64,000 nucleotides of DNA from Nitrosopumilaceae archaeon (GTDB taxonomy: Archaea > Thermoproteota > Nitrososphaeria > Nitrososphaerales > Nitrosopumilaceae), in the NCBI GenBank assembly GCA_965209085.1, contig OZ242376.1, positions 352,001 through 416,000 of the forward strand. Reading direction: 5' to 3'. Both the position numbers and the translations under genes were made by a program. Positions 49,804 through 60,328 of this stretch are shown in pieces. Each line of letters begins with the position of its first letter. The first letter of the stretch is position 1. The notes under the pieces are model-generated. The model was given only the letters and a program-made list of their open reading frames with translations. It was not told where the DNA came from and ran no database searches.

Positions 49804-50481
49804 ATGTCTGACATTCTAGTATTACAAAATTCGCAGCTGGAAGGCATTGGCACTCTTGGCCGCATGATGGAGCATGACGGGTTTGAACTGGACGTAATTG
49901 ACGCAAAAAGAACCATTCCTGACAGAATGTATGGTGTCCTCGTGGTTTTGGGAGGACCCCAGAGTGCCAATGATAAAAAACCATATCTTCGGAAAGAAGA
50001 GGATGCAATACTCCGGCATGCTGGTGCGGGCATTCCAGTACTTGGAATATGTCTGGGCGCGCAGCTTGCCGCAAAAGCGCTGGGAGGGATTGTATACGAG
50101 GGCGAAAAAAAAGAAGTGGGATTTTACGATGATCTAACATCAGTATCTGATGAGAAATTTTTTTCGGGATTGGAAAATTTTTGCGCGTTTCACTGGCACA
50201 ATGACACTTTTGATCTTCCCAGCGGAGCAGTACGCCTTGTCGAATCAAACGACTACAAAAACCAGGCTTTTCGGCACGGAACCGTGGTTGGACTTCAGTT
50301 TCATCTGGAAGCGGATACTGACATGATGAAAAAATGGCTTACAGAATATGCAGATTACGTAAACAGCTCTGCACATCTTGACGCGGACCGCATTATGCGG
50401 CAGGTTGATGCGCGCATAAACGAGGTAGGTTCCAATCTGGCTAAATTTTATGCCAATTTTAAATCTGAATTTTCAATATAG
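49804..50481 (+). CDS. Class I glutamine amidotransferase-like protein
   Basis: PVLGICLGAQL, HWHND, GLQFHLE. Confidence 0.92.
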   Translation: MSDILVLQNSQLEGIGTLGRMMEHDGFELDVIDAKRTIPDRMYGVLVVLGGPQSANDKKPYLRKEEDAILRHAGAGIPVLGICLGAQLAAKALGGIVYEGEKKEVGFYDDLTSVSDEKFFSGLENFCAFHWHNDTFDLPSGAVRLVESNDYKNQAFRHGTVVGLQFHLEADTDMMKKWLTEYADYVNSSAHLDADRIMRQVDARINEVGSNLAKFYANFKSEFSI

Positions 50482-50563
50482 GATAGCATCAAAAACCTAC
50501 CAATCGGCTGAATGGATATGTCATTTGGGTTTAGTATATTAAACCGAAAAATAGGCAAAACTA

Positions 50564-52681
50564 GTGATGGCGCAGGCCGATAAAATATTCGACGAAACAA
50601 TACGCACCACTCACAAAGTAATAACCGAAGAGCTCTCAAAATCAATTTTAAAGTCATACGGACTCAAAGTCCCGCCGTACACCCTTGCAACTTCCCCTGC
50701 AGAATCTGTAAATGCCGCAAAAAAAATCGGATTTCCACTCGTAATGAAGATAGTTTCACCGCAAATTCTGCATAAAACCGACGTGGGTGGGGTCAAAGTG
50801 GGCATTGACAATATTGCTGATGTGAAAAAAACATTCAATGACATGTATGGCCGCCTCTCAAAGAAAAAAGGCGTCACCGTAAAGGGAATTTTGCTTGAAA
50901 AAATGGTTCCAAAGGGTGTGGAACTTATCGTAGGACTTCAAAATGATCCGCAATTTGGTCCTGTAATTATGGTTGGCATGGGCGGAATCATGACTGAAAT
51001 TATGCACGATGTTGCGTTTAGAATGCTTCCGATAGGAACATCTGATGCCAAATCCATGATAGATGAACTGCAGGGCTCAAAACTGCTCAAAGGTTTCCGC
51101 GGATCAAAACCCGTGGATATGGGCATGCTCGCTTCGGTACTTGTAAAGATTGGAAAGATGGGCATGGATCATGCAACGCATTTTGAAAGTATTGATTTTA
51201 ATCCGATTGTAGTATATCCGAAATCCTACAATATCGTTGATGCGAAAATCATACTGCGCAAAACCATAAAACCGGATGCGGTCTCAAAAGTAAAACCGGA
51301 CTCGTCGTTTATGGAAAAATTCTTCACTCCAAAATCTGTTGCACTTGTCGGAGCTTCTGCAACTCCTGGCAAAATAGGAAATTCGGTTTTGGACAGTCTT
51401 GCAAAACATGATTACAAGGGCAAAGTCTACCCGATAAACCCCAAACAAAAAAACATCCTTGGAATAAAATGCTATCCGTCAATATCTGATGTTCCAAACA
51501 AAGTGGATTTGGTAATAGTGTGCGTGGATCTTTCAATAACAGAACCTGTTATGAGAGAGTGTGCAAAACTTGGAATTCACAACGTGGTCATAGTATCCGG
51601 CGGCGGCAAAGAACTTGGAGGCAAACGTGCCGAATACGAGGCAAAGATACGGGAAATTTCACTTGAAAACAAAATACGCATCATAGGTCCAAATTGTATT
51701 GGAATGTTCAATGCCGCAAACCGTCTGGACTGCGCGTTTCAGGGACGTGAACGCATGGTGCGGGCCAAACTTGGACATGTGGCACTGCTTTCGCAGAGCG
51801 GAACAATGGGAATAAGCTTTTTGGAGACTGCCGATTCATTTGGACTCTCAAAAATGATAAGTTATGGCAACCGTTCGGACGTGGACGAGGCAGACATGAT
51901 CTGGTATCTTGCAAACGATCCGCAGACCAAAGTAATCGCATTGTACGTTGAAGGCTTCGGTGACGGACGAAAATTCATTAAAACTGCAAAACAGGTAATG
52001 AGGGAAAAGAAAAAACCCATAGTTATATGGAAAAGCGGACGGACTGCAGCCGGAGCAAAACAGGCAGCATCGCACACGGGTTCTCTTGGCGGCTCCAATG
52101 CAATAATCATGGGTGCGTTCAAACAGGCCGGAATAATATCAGTTGACAGCTATCAGGAACTGGCGGCAGTAACAAAGGCGCTTGTATGGCAGCCTTCTGC
52201 AAAAGGCAACAAGTGTGCATTGTGCAGCAATGGGGCAGGACCTATGATCGGGGGAATTGATCATTTTGAAAGACTCGGACTTTCACTGGCAAAAGTTTCA
52301 TCTGCCACACTCAAAAAAATGACGGATCATTTCCCAAAAACGTACGTTATCGGCAAGGGAAATCCTGCGGACGTTACGGGAGGGGCAAGTGCTGAAGATT
52401 ACAAGTTTACAATGCAGGCATTTTTGGATGATGCAGGCGTGGACGTAATTATGCCGTGGTTTGTATTCCAAGATGATCCGTTGGAGGAAACAATTGTGGA
52501 TTATTTGGAAGGTATTTCAAAACGCCGCCGCAAGCCGGTTTTGGTGGGAGGTAACGGCGGTCCGTACACGGAAAAAATGTCCAAAGCCATAGAGGCTAGG
52601 GGAATACCCGTATATGATGACATACGCGACTGGGTTGCGGCAGCATCTGCCCTGGCACAATGGGGACGCATAAAAAAATAA
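50564..52681 (+). CDS. 3-hydroxypropionyl-CoA synthetase (ADP-forming) of the thaumarchaeal 3HP/4HB cycle
   Basis: ATP-grasp domain first ([10 protein letters not shown]), then CoA-binding domain (VALVGAS, GPNC, SQSG, ASHTG). The ATP-grasp-first order and 705-aa length match the 3HP-CoA rather than the 4HB-CoA enzyme, as recalled. Confidence 0.85.
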   Translation: MMAQADKIFDETIRTTHKVITEELSKSILKSYGLKVPPYTLATSPAESVNAAKKIGFPLVMKIVSPQILHKTDVGGVKVGIDNIADVKKTFNDMYGRLSKKKGVTVKGILLEKMVPKGVELIVGLQNDPQFGPVIMVGMGGIMTEIMHDVAFRMLPIGTSDAKSMIDELQGSKLLKGFRGSKPVDMGMLASVLVKIGKMGMDHATHFESIDFNPIVVYPKSYNIVDAKIILRKTIKPDAVSKVKPDSSFMEKFFTPKSVALVGASATPGKIGNSVLDSLAKHDYKGKVYPINPKQKNILGIKCYPSISDVPNKVDLVIVCVDLSITEPVMRECAKLGIHNVVIVSGGGKELGGKRAEYEAKIREISLENKIRIIGPNCIGMFNAANRLDCAFQGRERMVRAKLGHVALLSQSGTMGISFLETADSFGLSKMISYGNRSDVDEADMIWYLANDPQTKVIALYVEGFGDGRKFIKTAKQVMREKKKPIVIWKSGRTAAGAKQAASHTGSLGGSNAIIMGAFKQAGIISVDSYQELAAVTKALVWQPSAKGNKCALCSNGAGPMIGGIDHFERLGLSLAKVSSATLKKMTDHFPKTYVIGKGNPADVTGGASAEDYKFTMQAFLDDAGVDVIMPWFVFQDDPLEETIVDYLEGISKRRRKPVLVGGNGGPYTEKMSKAIEARGIPVYDDIRDWVAAASALAQWGRIKK

Positions 52682-52683
52682 CA

Positions 52684-53547
52684 TTAGAGTTTTTTCAAAT
52701 ATTCTATAATTCCGGTATAATCCAAATCCCCGAATCCGCAGTCTGCAGCATCCCCGTACACTTTGAGCGCTTTTTTGCCCATGGGCAAATCCAGTCCGAT
52801 ATCCAAGGATGCCCCCGCAAGCGCGCCCAAATCTTTTTTGAGGTTGCGTAAAAGAAACGTGGGGCTTACTCTGCCATTTGTCATTCCATACGCCTTTTTT
52901 TTACTCATACCGGTGCCAAAATAGGTGGAGTTTAAGACCTCGAGGAATTTTCTTGGCTCAACACCTGATTTTTCCACAAACATGATTCCTTCGGATATTG
53001 AAAGGGCCAGCATGGCAATCTGCAGATTCATTGCAAGCTTTACCGCGTATGCATCGCCAGTCTCTCCGATGTAAAATATTTTCTCTGCAACAAGGGATAA
53101 AATCGGACGGCATTTGGATAGCGCATTCTCCGACCCTGATGCCATCATGACAAGTCTGCCAGCAGCTGCTGCATCCGGACCGCCCATTACCGGCGTACCA
53201 AGCATTGTTACAGAGTATGCCTTGAGTTTTTTTGTAATTTTCTTGGATTCTTTTGGTCTAATCGTACTCATATCGCATACAACAGGGCAGTCCTTTGAGC
53301 TCTCCACAAGTCCTCCGGAATCAAAACATACCCTCTCAAGTGCGTCCGCATCCGTCACGCAAGTTATGACAAGATCGCATCCTGCTGCAGCACCTGCCGG
53401 ACTGTCTGCAACGGTGGATCCGGCATCGGAGAGTTTTTTGGTTTTTGAGGCGGTACGGTTGTACACTGCAAGTTTTACCCCTTTTGCAATCATGCGTATG
53501 CCTACCGCTGAGCCGAGCATTCCGGTGCCTATGATGCCTACCTTCAC
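52684..53547 (-). CDS. Beta-hydroxyacid dehydrogenase (3-hydroxyisobutyrate DH family)
   Basis: GIIGTGMLG, YNRT, DMSTI, PVMGG, KLAMN. Confidence 0.92.
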   Translation of the reverse strand: MKVGIIGTGMLGSAVGIRMIAKGVKLAVYNRTASKTKKLSDAGSTVADSPAGAAAGCDLVITCVTDADALERVCFDSGGLVESSKDCPVVCDMSTIRPKESKKITKKLKAYSVTMLGTPVMGGPDAAAAGRLVMMASGSENALSKCRPILSLVAEKIFYIGETGDAYAVKLAMNLQIAMLALSISEGIMFVEKSGVEPRKFLEVLNSTYFGTGMSKKKAYGMTNGRVSPTFLLRNLKKDLGALAGASLDIGLDLPMGKKALKVYGDAADCGFGDLDYTGIIEYLKKL

Positions 53548-53635
53548 GGCGTAAAAATGACTAATGCGTATATTTTAGTTTGTGGATGAGTTTGAGGCAC
53601 TTTTGAGTGCCAGCATACGCGGTTTGTTTGCATAC

Positions 53636-54022
53636 TTATCTGCGTTCTTCAACACGTATCTTCCATTTGGAATTTCTAAGACGGGACGACTCTAATTCCA
53701 AATGCCCTATCACCACTTCGCCCCGTTTGATCATGGCATATTCGGATTTTCTCCAAAGGTACGTTTTTTCCATCGGTTTGTATCCGCCTTCTACGGCTTT
53801 GACCTTGAATCTCTTGCTAGCTTTTGTGATGAGTTTTCTTGCAGACTGTATATCGCCCATCCATGAGATCATCTCAAATGAACCAAAGTTTTCGGTTTCA
53901 ATCTCGTATCCATACAATCTGAATTCTATTTTGCATTTTTTTGTCAGAGCTTCTGAATTGAGCCACTCTACGACCTTTGCCCCGGAACCTTTCTCAATTC
54001 CAAACGTTTCAGAGAATTCCAT
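53636..54022 (-). CDS. Hypothetical protein
   Basis: 128-aa ORF with typical composition. Confidence 0.7.
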   Translation of the reverse strand: MEFSETFGIEKGSGAKVVEWLNSEALTKKCKIEFRLYGYEIETENFGSFEMISWMGDIQSARKLITKASKRFKVKAVEGGYKPMEKTYLWRKSEYAMIKRGEVVIGHLELESSRLRNSKWKIRVEERR

Positions 54023-54097
54023 TACACGTGCGGGATTGCGAGTTTTTATAATCCTTGACCACCAATGTTCAAATATGGATGCGCAAAAATCATAAAA

Positions 54098-54469
54098 ATG
54101 CTGGATGTAGACTGCCGTGACATAAAACCGATAATGCGGGATTTATTGGTGTACGTTTCAGACCAGGTGGGGGCAATTCCTGCAATAAAATCCCGCGGCT
54201 TTGCGCTTGAATCCTTTGATGAAGACGGTATGGATTCATCACTTGTCATAAGATCCATAAGGGAATATCTTGTTTCAGTCGGTGAGGATAAAAAATACGC
54301 GATAACGGCACAGGGTAAAACAATAACAATCCGTTCCATATCAGGAGAACAGATGAAACCTGTGAAAAACGAATCTACTGATGCGGGTCTTTTTTCATGC
54401 ACCCACTGCGGATACGTTACAAGATATGAAACGGATCTAAAAGCCCATAGAGTGATACATTATCTCTAG
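54098..54469 (+). CDS. Protein with C-terminal C2H2 zinc finger
   Basis: FSCTHCGYVTRYETDLKAHRVIH. Confidence 0.78.
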   Translation: MLDVDCRDIKPIMRDLLVYVSDQVGAIPAIKSRGFALESFDEDGMDSSLVIRSIREYLVSVGEDKKYAITAQGKTITIRSISGEQMKPVKNESTDAGLFSCTHCGYVTRYETDLKAHRVIHYL

Positions 54470-54647
54470 ACTGCCGAATGTATCGGAAATTTCAGCAGAT
54501 GTGATAACTTGAACAAAATAGACAAATTTTTACAACCATGCAACATATCACTGTAAAATATAACACAGTACAGTTGACGATAATTTACGTGCCAATAAGA
54601 CCTACAAAAAGTACACACTATGCGGACGATGAAGAATCCGAATAGGA

Positions 54648-55571
54648 TTACAGCCGGGAAAACGAATTTTTTGGCACCGAAATATTTTCCGTCAACGCCG
54701 GATGTATTATCTTTGAGAGAATTTCTATTCCTGTAATTATTCTGTGGCTTGGTTTGCTAGAATACGAGTCAGCATCAACTGCAAAAACACGACCATTTTT
54801 TACCGCACGCAGCTTGTTCCATTCTTCCGAATGTGCAAGCGTCGTTGCATACTCTGAGGCAGAACGGGCAACGTCAAAACCGCATGCCATGATGACTATG
54901 ACTTCCGGATCCTCTTTTGCAATTTCATCAATGCACGTTTTGCGGGAGCGCTCTCCGGATTTACTAATTAGATTTATTCCGCCTGCGGCTTGCACCATGT
55001 CCGGAACCCAATGTCCTGCAGTATATGGGGGATCCACCCATTCAAGTATCATTACGCGTTTTGGATCCGTGGAGCATTTTTTTGAAACATTTGAAATTCT
55101 TGCACGGAGGGATTTTGCAAGTTTTACACCGCGTTCGGCAAGACCGACTTTACACGAGAGATCCTCGATGCCATTTAATACATCCTCAACCGTATGGGGA
55201 TTCATCTCGTACAGTTCTGGCTTTTTATCCAAAACACGTATTGCGTTTCCAACATGTGTGGTGTGAGCTGCACACACCTCGCAAGTATTTTGTGAGATAA
55301 TAAAATCAGGATTTGTCTGTCGTACAACATTTTCGTCTAACACGAACGCACTTTTTTGTGCATACTGCATTTTTGAATTTTCCACGTCTATTTCTAAACT
55401 GCTCATGCATTCGGGATCTATCGGAGATGTGATTGCACGAGGTTTTGTTTTTGCCGCGTCCGGATACGTGCATCTGTGGGTTACAGCTTTAACCGATTCT
55501 CCTGCCCCGATCTCGTAGAGAATTTCGGTGGCACTGGGTAAAAGGGATAAAATTCTGTTTGGAGCCATCAT
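54648..55571 (-). CDS. Cobalamin/iron-binding BtuF-like protein
   Basis: RILSLLPSATEILY, CEVCA, LEWVDPPYTAGHWVPDMV. Confidence 0.87.
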   Translation of the reverse strand: MMAPNRILSLLPSATEILYEIGAGESVKAVTHRCTYPDAAKTKPRAITSPIDPECMSSLEIDVENSKMQYAQKSAFVLDENVVRQTNPDFIISQNTCEVCAAHTTHVGNAIRVLDKKPELYEMNPHTVEDVLNGIEDLSCKVGLAERGVKLAKSLRARISNVSKKCSTDPKRVMILEWVDPPYTAGHWVPDMVQAAGGINLISKSGERSRKTCIDEIAKEDPEVIVIMACGFDVARSASEYATTLAHSEEWNKLRAVKNGRVFAVDADSYSSKPSHRIITGIEILSKIIHPALTENISVPKNSFSRL

Positions 55572-55642
55572 ACCTGTGTAAAAACTGCCGGTCATAAACT
55601 TCACGCAGCTTGCCTTAATAGGAACACACAGTACATAGATGC

Positions 55643-56794
55643 GTGCAGAGCAGCACGGATTTAAGAAAGGCCGCTGAATCACAATGGAATGAATTTTTAC
55701 GCGGCCAGTGGACTTTTTCTTCGGATAATCTGCAGGGATCTAGCCCTCCGTCCGTCTTTGTAGGCTCGTTTGGATATCCGCGTCTTAGCGTAGGACCGAT
55801 GGCAGTTTCAGGCGGCGGCGATTCTGCATTTCTTGACGCACCAGAAAAATGGGCCGGCATGAAATTGGAAGACATTGTAAGATACAGGCTAAATTTGGTG
55901 AGGGGGGTAAAACACCTCCGCGTACACGAATCTTCCGGCAGATACATTGAATCGTTGCAGGATATGGCAATGTCTTCACGTCCTGCAGACACGGATATGA
56001 TTTTCGAAAAACCTCTGGCAGCATCGTCCACATTTGATGGTCAAAGTGCCCCGTTTGGACCCGTGGGGAATTTAAAATCCGCAAAATTCTCCTTTGGAAA
56101 CTCTGAGAAAAAACTAGAACGCGTATACTATGACCAGGATATGCCCGCAAAAGAGGCTGTTTTGGATTTGTATGGTGCTGGAGTAGAAATTTCAAAAATA
56201 CAAAAATGCTTTTCGATAGGCATGATGGGAAGAAAACGCAGACTGAATCCTACAAAATGGAGCATCACTGCGACAGACGACATTATATCAAAATGGCTTG
56301 TACATGAGATACTTGAAATGCCGCAGATAAATTCATACGAGACATATTTTTTTGAACATCTTGGAAATTTGTTTTCCATAATACTCTTTCCACACAGATG
56401 GATGTATGAAATGGTGGAGGCATGGTATTCGGGCGGAGTGCTGGGTTTTGGATCCGATCACGAAGATGCGCGCGGCATAAACCATGCCCCTGCAATTGCC
56501 GGCGCATACCATGCGGCAAAACTTGCAGTTGCAGAACATCTCTACGGACGTAAGATGCAGGCTGGCTCCCTAATCCTGCGTGAAATCCGTCCCGAATACT
56601 CTATACCCGTTGGCGTATGGCAAGTGCGCGAAGGTGTACGTTCTGCATTGGTAGGCAAACCTGTAATATCTGAAAGCCTTCATGATTCATTAGATGTGGC
56701 ATGTTCGCATTCGAACATATCCAAAAATGAATGGCTACGGCAGGGATATTTTACAAAAATGATGCTTCAAAGAACAATTTCCGAATATGTCTGA
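55643..56794 (+). CDS. nreA: Nre family PCNA-interacting DNA repair protein (DUF650/651)
   Basis: GSSPPSVFVG..GYP, PTKWSITATDD, PVGVWQVRE, C-terminal PIP box QRTISEYV. Confidence 0.88.
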   Translation: MQSSTDLRKAAESQWNEFLRGQWTFSSDNLQGSSPPSVFVGSFGYPRLSVGPMAVSGGGDSAFLDAPEKWAGMKLEDIVRYRLNLVRGVKHLRVHESSGRYIESLQDMAMSSRPADTDMIFEKPLAASSTFDGQSAPFGPVGNLKSAKFSFGNSEKKLERVYYDQDMPAKEAVLDLYGAGVEISKIQKCFSIGMMGRKRRLNPTKWSITATDDIISKWLVHEILEMPQINSYETYFFEHLGNLFSIILFPHRWMYEMVEAWYSGGVLGFGSDHEDARGINHAPAIAGAYHAAKLAVAEHLYGRKMQAGSLILREIRPEYSIPVGVWQVREGVRSALVGKPVISESLHDSLDVACSHSNISKNEWLRQGYFTKMMLQRTISEYV

Positions 56795-56797
56795 TTG

Positions 56798-58543
56798 TTA
56801 TTCTTCAACGTTTGTACCCGATGCCTTTAATCTTTCTTGTATCTGTGTCATTATCCGTCTTGCCTTTTCCCCGTCGTCATTTCTGTCCACATTACCGTCC
56901 ATTATGCTGTCTATTTCAAAACCTTTGTCAACTAGAATGTCTGCCACATGGTTATCCAAAGTTCCATCCCCTACCAAATAATATGCAAATACGGTGTTTT
57001 TTTGCCCCATGCGGTGCAGTCTGTCTTCTGCCTGTCTGTGTATTGCCGGACTCCAGTCAAGTTCGGCAAAAACCACATATCTTGCACGACTCAGATTTAT
57101 TCCAACGTTTCCTGCCCGCAACCCTGCTATCATTAGGTTTGATTTTCCATCTTGAAAATTGTCTATGCTGTTTTGTCTGTCTTTGTCGGTCTGACCTCCT
57201 ATAATGGATACTGGGGAAAATTCTGCTAGCTGTTCATGAAGCAGTTTGTGTATGGCCCTGTGATGGCAAAATACCACCACGCTTTCTTCAATCTCCATTA
57301 TTCCCTTTACAAAATTGATCACATGTGGCAGTTTTGCAATGCCGGCTGCCTGTCTTTCACTTTGTATTGCGCGCTGATATGATGCTGATTTGTCAAACGA
57401 AGTCCTTGCATGTTTTTTATCCTCAAGCATTTTTTTCCAAATTTTCTTCAGTTCGCCCACGTAATATTGTGAATCTGAATCTATGACTTCGCGGTGGCGC
57501 ACTTTACCTTTTAATTCTCGTAGAACATCAGCTTTTTTGCGGCGGAGCATTATGTGTTCTTGAAGCTGTTTTCTTAGTGATTCTCTTTTGTTTTCAAGCA
57601 CTATGGCTTTTCCTTTTTCATTCAAATAACAAAAATACTCACAAAACTCGCGATAATTTCCAAGCATACCTGGTTTTAGTATGTCTATAATCGGCCAGAT
57701 TTCCGAACCACGATTGTATATCGGCGTACCTGACAAACCTATGCGATGCTCTATCGTTTCCAGCTTTGAAAGTTTTAACACCGCAGAATATTTTCTAGTG
57801 GATTTTGATCTAAGATGTTGCACTTCATCGCATATGAGAGAACGAGCTCCAATTTTTGATAAATCCAAAAGACGGCGTTCCAACAATTCATAATTTATAA
57901 TATAAAAATCAAATTCTCCAAGATCCGCGGATTTGCCGCGACGAATCATTGTGGTTGTTGGGATTGAACTTTTTATCACACGTCCGTTACGACTTTTTTT
58001 GAACATGAATTTTCCAATTTCCCGTTCCCAATTTTTCAAAGTAACTAGAGGTGCAACAACTATTGCAGGAAACGGTTGCTTTTCCGTCGCCAGATATGCC
58101 AGAGTCTGCACGGTTTTACCCAAGCCCATCTCATCTGCAAGAAGTGCATTGCCAGAAGATTTTAGCAAAAAATCAAGTCCTTCTTTTTGAAAATCCAGCA
58201 ATTTTCCCTTGAATTGGGATCCTGGTTTTGTGCGTTTGAGGGTGTATTTTTGTATCACCGGTGCCTTCTTTTGGCGTGGTTTGACACTCTTTCTCCTCCA
58301 TACGGATTTTGAAAGTATCTCCAACGGATGTCTATCTGCGATCCATTGTAGCTGTTGGATGTTCTGTATATTGTCTTGTACTATTACCTCGTTGGCTCCA
58401 TCACCATACCATGATTGTGGGATCATTTTTGAGACCATATTGATCGCTTCCAATCCTGTGATTTTCCAACTCCATGCTTGTGAATACCTGTCCATCACGT
58501 ATTCCATAGTGCCAAAATCATGTTGCTGTGCCATGAATTGCAC
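56798..58543 (-). CDS. SNF2 family ATPase (SMARCAL1/HARP-like)
   Basis: LADEMGLGKT, DEVQ, LSGTPIYN, MLRRKK, QAEDRLHRMGQ. Confidence 0.92.
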   Translation of the reverse strand: MQFMAQQHDFGTMEYVMDRYSQAWSWKITGLEAINMVSKMIPQSWYGDGANEVIVQDNIQNIQQLQWIADRHPLEILSKSVWRRKSVKPRQKKAPVIQKYTLKRTKPGSQFKGKLLDFQKEGLDFLLKSSGNALLADEMGLGKTVQTLAYLATEKQPFPAIVVAPLVTLKNWEREIGKFMFKKSRNGRVIKSSIPTTTMIRRGKSADLGEFDFYIINYELLERRLLDLSKIGARSLICDEVQHLRSKSTRKYSAVLKLSKLETIEHRIGLSGTPIYNRGSEIWPIIDILKPGMLGNYREFCEYFCYLNEKGKAIVLENKRESLRKQLQEHIMLRRKKADVLRELKGKVRHREVIDSDSQYYVGELKKIWKKMLEDKKHARTSFDKSASYQRAIQSERQAAGIAKLPHVINFVKGIMEIEESVVVFCHHRAIHKLLHEQLAEFSPVSIIGGQTDKDRQNSIDNFQDGKSNLMIAGLRAGNVGINLSRARYVVFAELDWSPAIHRQAEDRLHRMGQKNTVFAYYLVGDGTLDNHVADILVDKGFEIDSIMDGNVDRNDDGEKARRIMTQIQERLKASGTNVEE

Positions 58544-58606
58544 ACTTTTGTTTTTTCTGCTTATGAATCTTGATTTTTTTAGTATATTTGGATAATATTG
58601 GCTCGA

Positions 58607-58756
58607 TCAGCCATGAGGGGCGTCTACTGTACCCTGTTCTGCATGAGGCTTTGTATTCTCATCATGGCAGTCGCAGTGGCACAGGTATTCCTTGTGATCG
58701 CTATGACAATCGATACATTCGTAGTGTTTGTGGTTCTCACATGCTGCGCATATCAA
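58607..58756 (-). CDS. Cys/His-rich metal-binding microprotein (49 aa, TTG start)
   Basis: MICAACENHKHYECIDCHSDHKEYLCHCDCHDENTKPHAEQGTVDAPHG: 7 Cys, 8 His; AGGAG upstream of the TTG. Confidence 0.7.
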   Translation of the reverse strand: MICAACENHKHYECIDCHSDHKEYLCHCDCHDENTKPHAEQGTVDAPHG

Positions 58757-58890
58757 TAAATGCCCAAACTCCTGAAATTGCCCAATCCTGACATGAGTAT
58801 ACTGTGTGTATGGGGGGATAAAAAATTATTGCCCACTGGAGTAAAATATTAGATATAGCCCCATAAGAGCATGATTCATCATTATTTTTT

Positions 58891-60081
58891 ATGCGTACAT
58901 GGTACATTCTGGCACCAGTCATTGCGTGCCTTGCAATGGCGCCTATGGTACAGGCAGATGCAATATTTTGGGATCTACTCATACACCCTACAATCACCAA
59001 TGATCCGGTACCTTTGGGCGGACATCCTGAGCTAAATGGGATTATAGAAGATCATGGTGGTAATGCCGTGGTTGGAGCTAGCATAAGCGTCAGAACTTTG
59101 GGACATACTGCTTGGCTGGAGACAGATGAATATGGTAGATTTGCGTATTTGTTTAATGAAACTACGGCAACTCCGGGACTTCATTCTATACAAATACATG
59201 CAACCGCGGACGGTCTTGGCGGAGAAAAAACTGGTTTTGCCGATGTCACATATAGAACAGAAGGCGGTCCTGGACTTTCTGCAGAGGCAAAAATATTGGC
59301 CACCGAAGACGCAAGGAAATATCTTAATGCCAATGAAGATGATTTTACAAATGATCTTGTGGGATCTTTATTGTATGAATATTATAATGATTTGTATCAA
59401 ACACATCTTAAACAAATTGTAAGAGAACAGGAATTAGAAGAGAGAAACAATCAAATTTTAAAAAACCGTGCAATTGCATTAAATATCACAAATAATCTAA
59501 TAAACGATAATGACCAGAGAACTGGACATATCTCAAAATATTCCTATGAGAAATTAATATCCAATACGGATCCTACCATACGTAATGACGTGATACGCCA
59601 GATCAATTATACAATAACTGCATTCCACGAAGCGCAAGATGCCATAAAAATAATACAACAATCTGGAAAATCTTACAAGGATGCTGTAAACATATATTCT
59701 GAAAACAATCCTCTCTCACGTGAAAACATGGATATGATTCTATCTGGATATTCATACGATGATCTAGAACGTATGAACATGGAAGGCGTGGAGAATAATA
59801 TGTCTGCCGTTGATTCAAATGCAACTATTTTGGATGTACCAGTAAACGATCTGAACAGCACCATGACAAATCAGACTGTACCAAAAGACGTGATAATTCC
59901 TGATCCCACGTACAATTTACACATATCTGTCACGGCACTAAATTGGGATCTTCCTCCCTCTGGAACTAGCATAAATCTTACCGGTTCTGCGATTGGGCTT
60001 AGCTCATCTGGTAAAATAATGGTTGGAATAAATGGAACTTTGGTAGAATTACAACTACATGAACTAATTATATCAGAATAA
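58891..60081 (+). CDS. Secreted hypothetical protein (Ig-like N-domain plus coiled coil)
   Basis: Signal peptide MRTWYILAPVIACLAMAPMVQA; ETDEYGRF motif. Confidence 0.78.
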   Translation: MRTWYILAPVIACLAMAPMVQADAIFWDLLIHPTITNDPVPLGGHPELNGIIEDHGGNAVVGASISVRTLGHTAWLETDEYGRFAYLFNETTATPGLHSIQIHATADGLGGEKTGFADVTYRTEGGPGLSAEAKILATEDARKYLNANEDDFTNDLVGSLLYEYYNDLYQTHLKQIVREQELEERNNQILKNRAIALNITNNLINDNDQRTGHISKYSYEKLISNTDPTIRNDVIRQINYTITAFHEAQDAIKIIQQSGKSYKDAVNIYSENNPLSRENMDMILSGYSYDDLERMNMEGVENNMSAVDSNATILDVPVNDLNSTMTNQTVPKDVIIPDPTYNLHISVTALNWDLPPSGTSINLTGSAIGLSSSGKIMVGINGTLVELQLHELIISE

Positions 60082-60255
60082 TCTTCAATTTTGATTTCCA
60101 ATATACAATACTGATTTAATAAATATACTTTTTTAATTCATAATTTTTAATAAAAATAGACATAATTTTTATTAACATTGTATTTCACAATAGACTCTTT
60201 CAAATCAGTCATTCTCATTCATAGAAATTGTGAATTTGGTCAGTCATGTATATGA

Positions 60256-60273
60256 TCTAATCTTATGATTAGA
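60256..60273. promoter_or_regulatory. Candidate operator palindrome upstream of the Met-rich gene
   Basis: TCTAATC-ttat-GATTAGA, about 25 nt upstream of the TATA-like TTTTTATT. Confidence 0.4.
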
Positions 60274-60328
60274 CGTACATTTGGATTATTTCAATACCTT
60301 TTTATTGAAATTTTTTAACTATAAACTC

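Noticed and set aside
54470-54647. 178-bp gap between convergent genes
   Set aside because: No convincing ORF, repeat or RNA motif found by eye.
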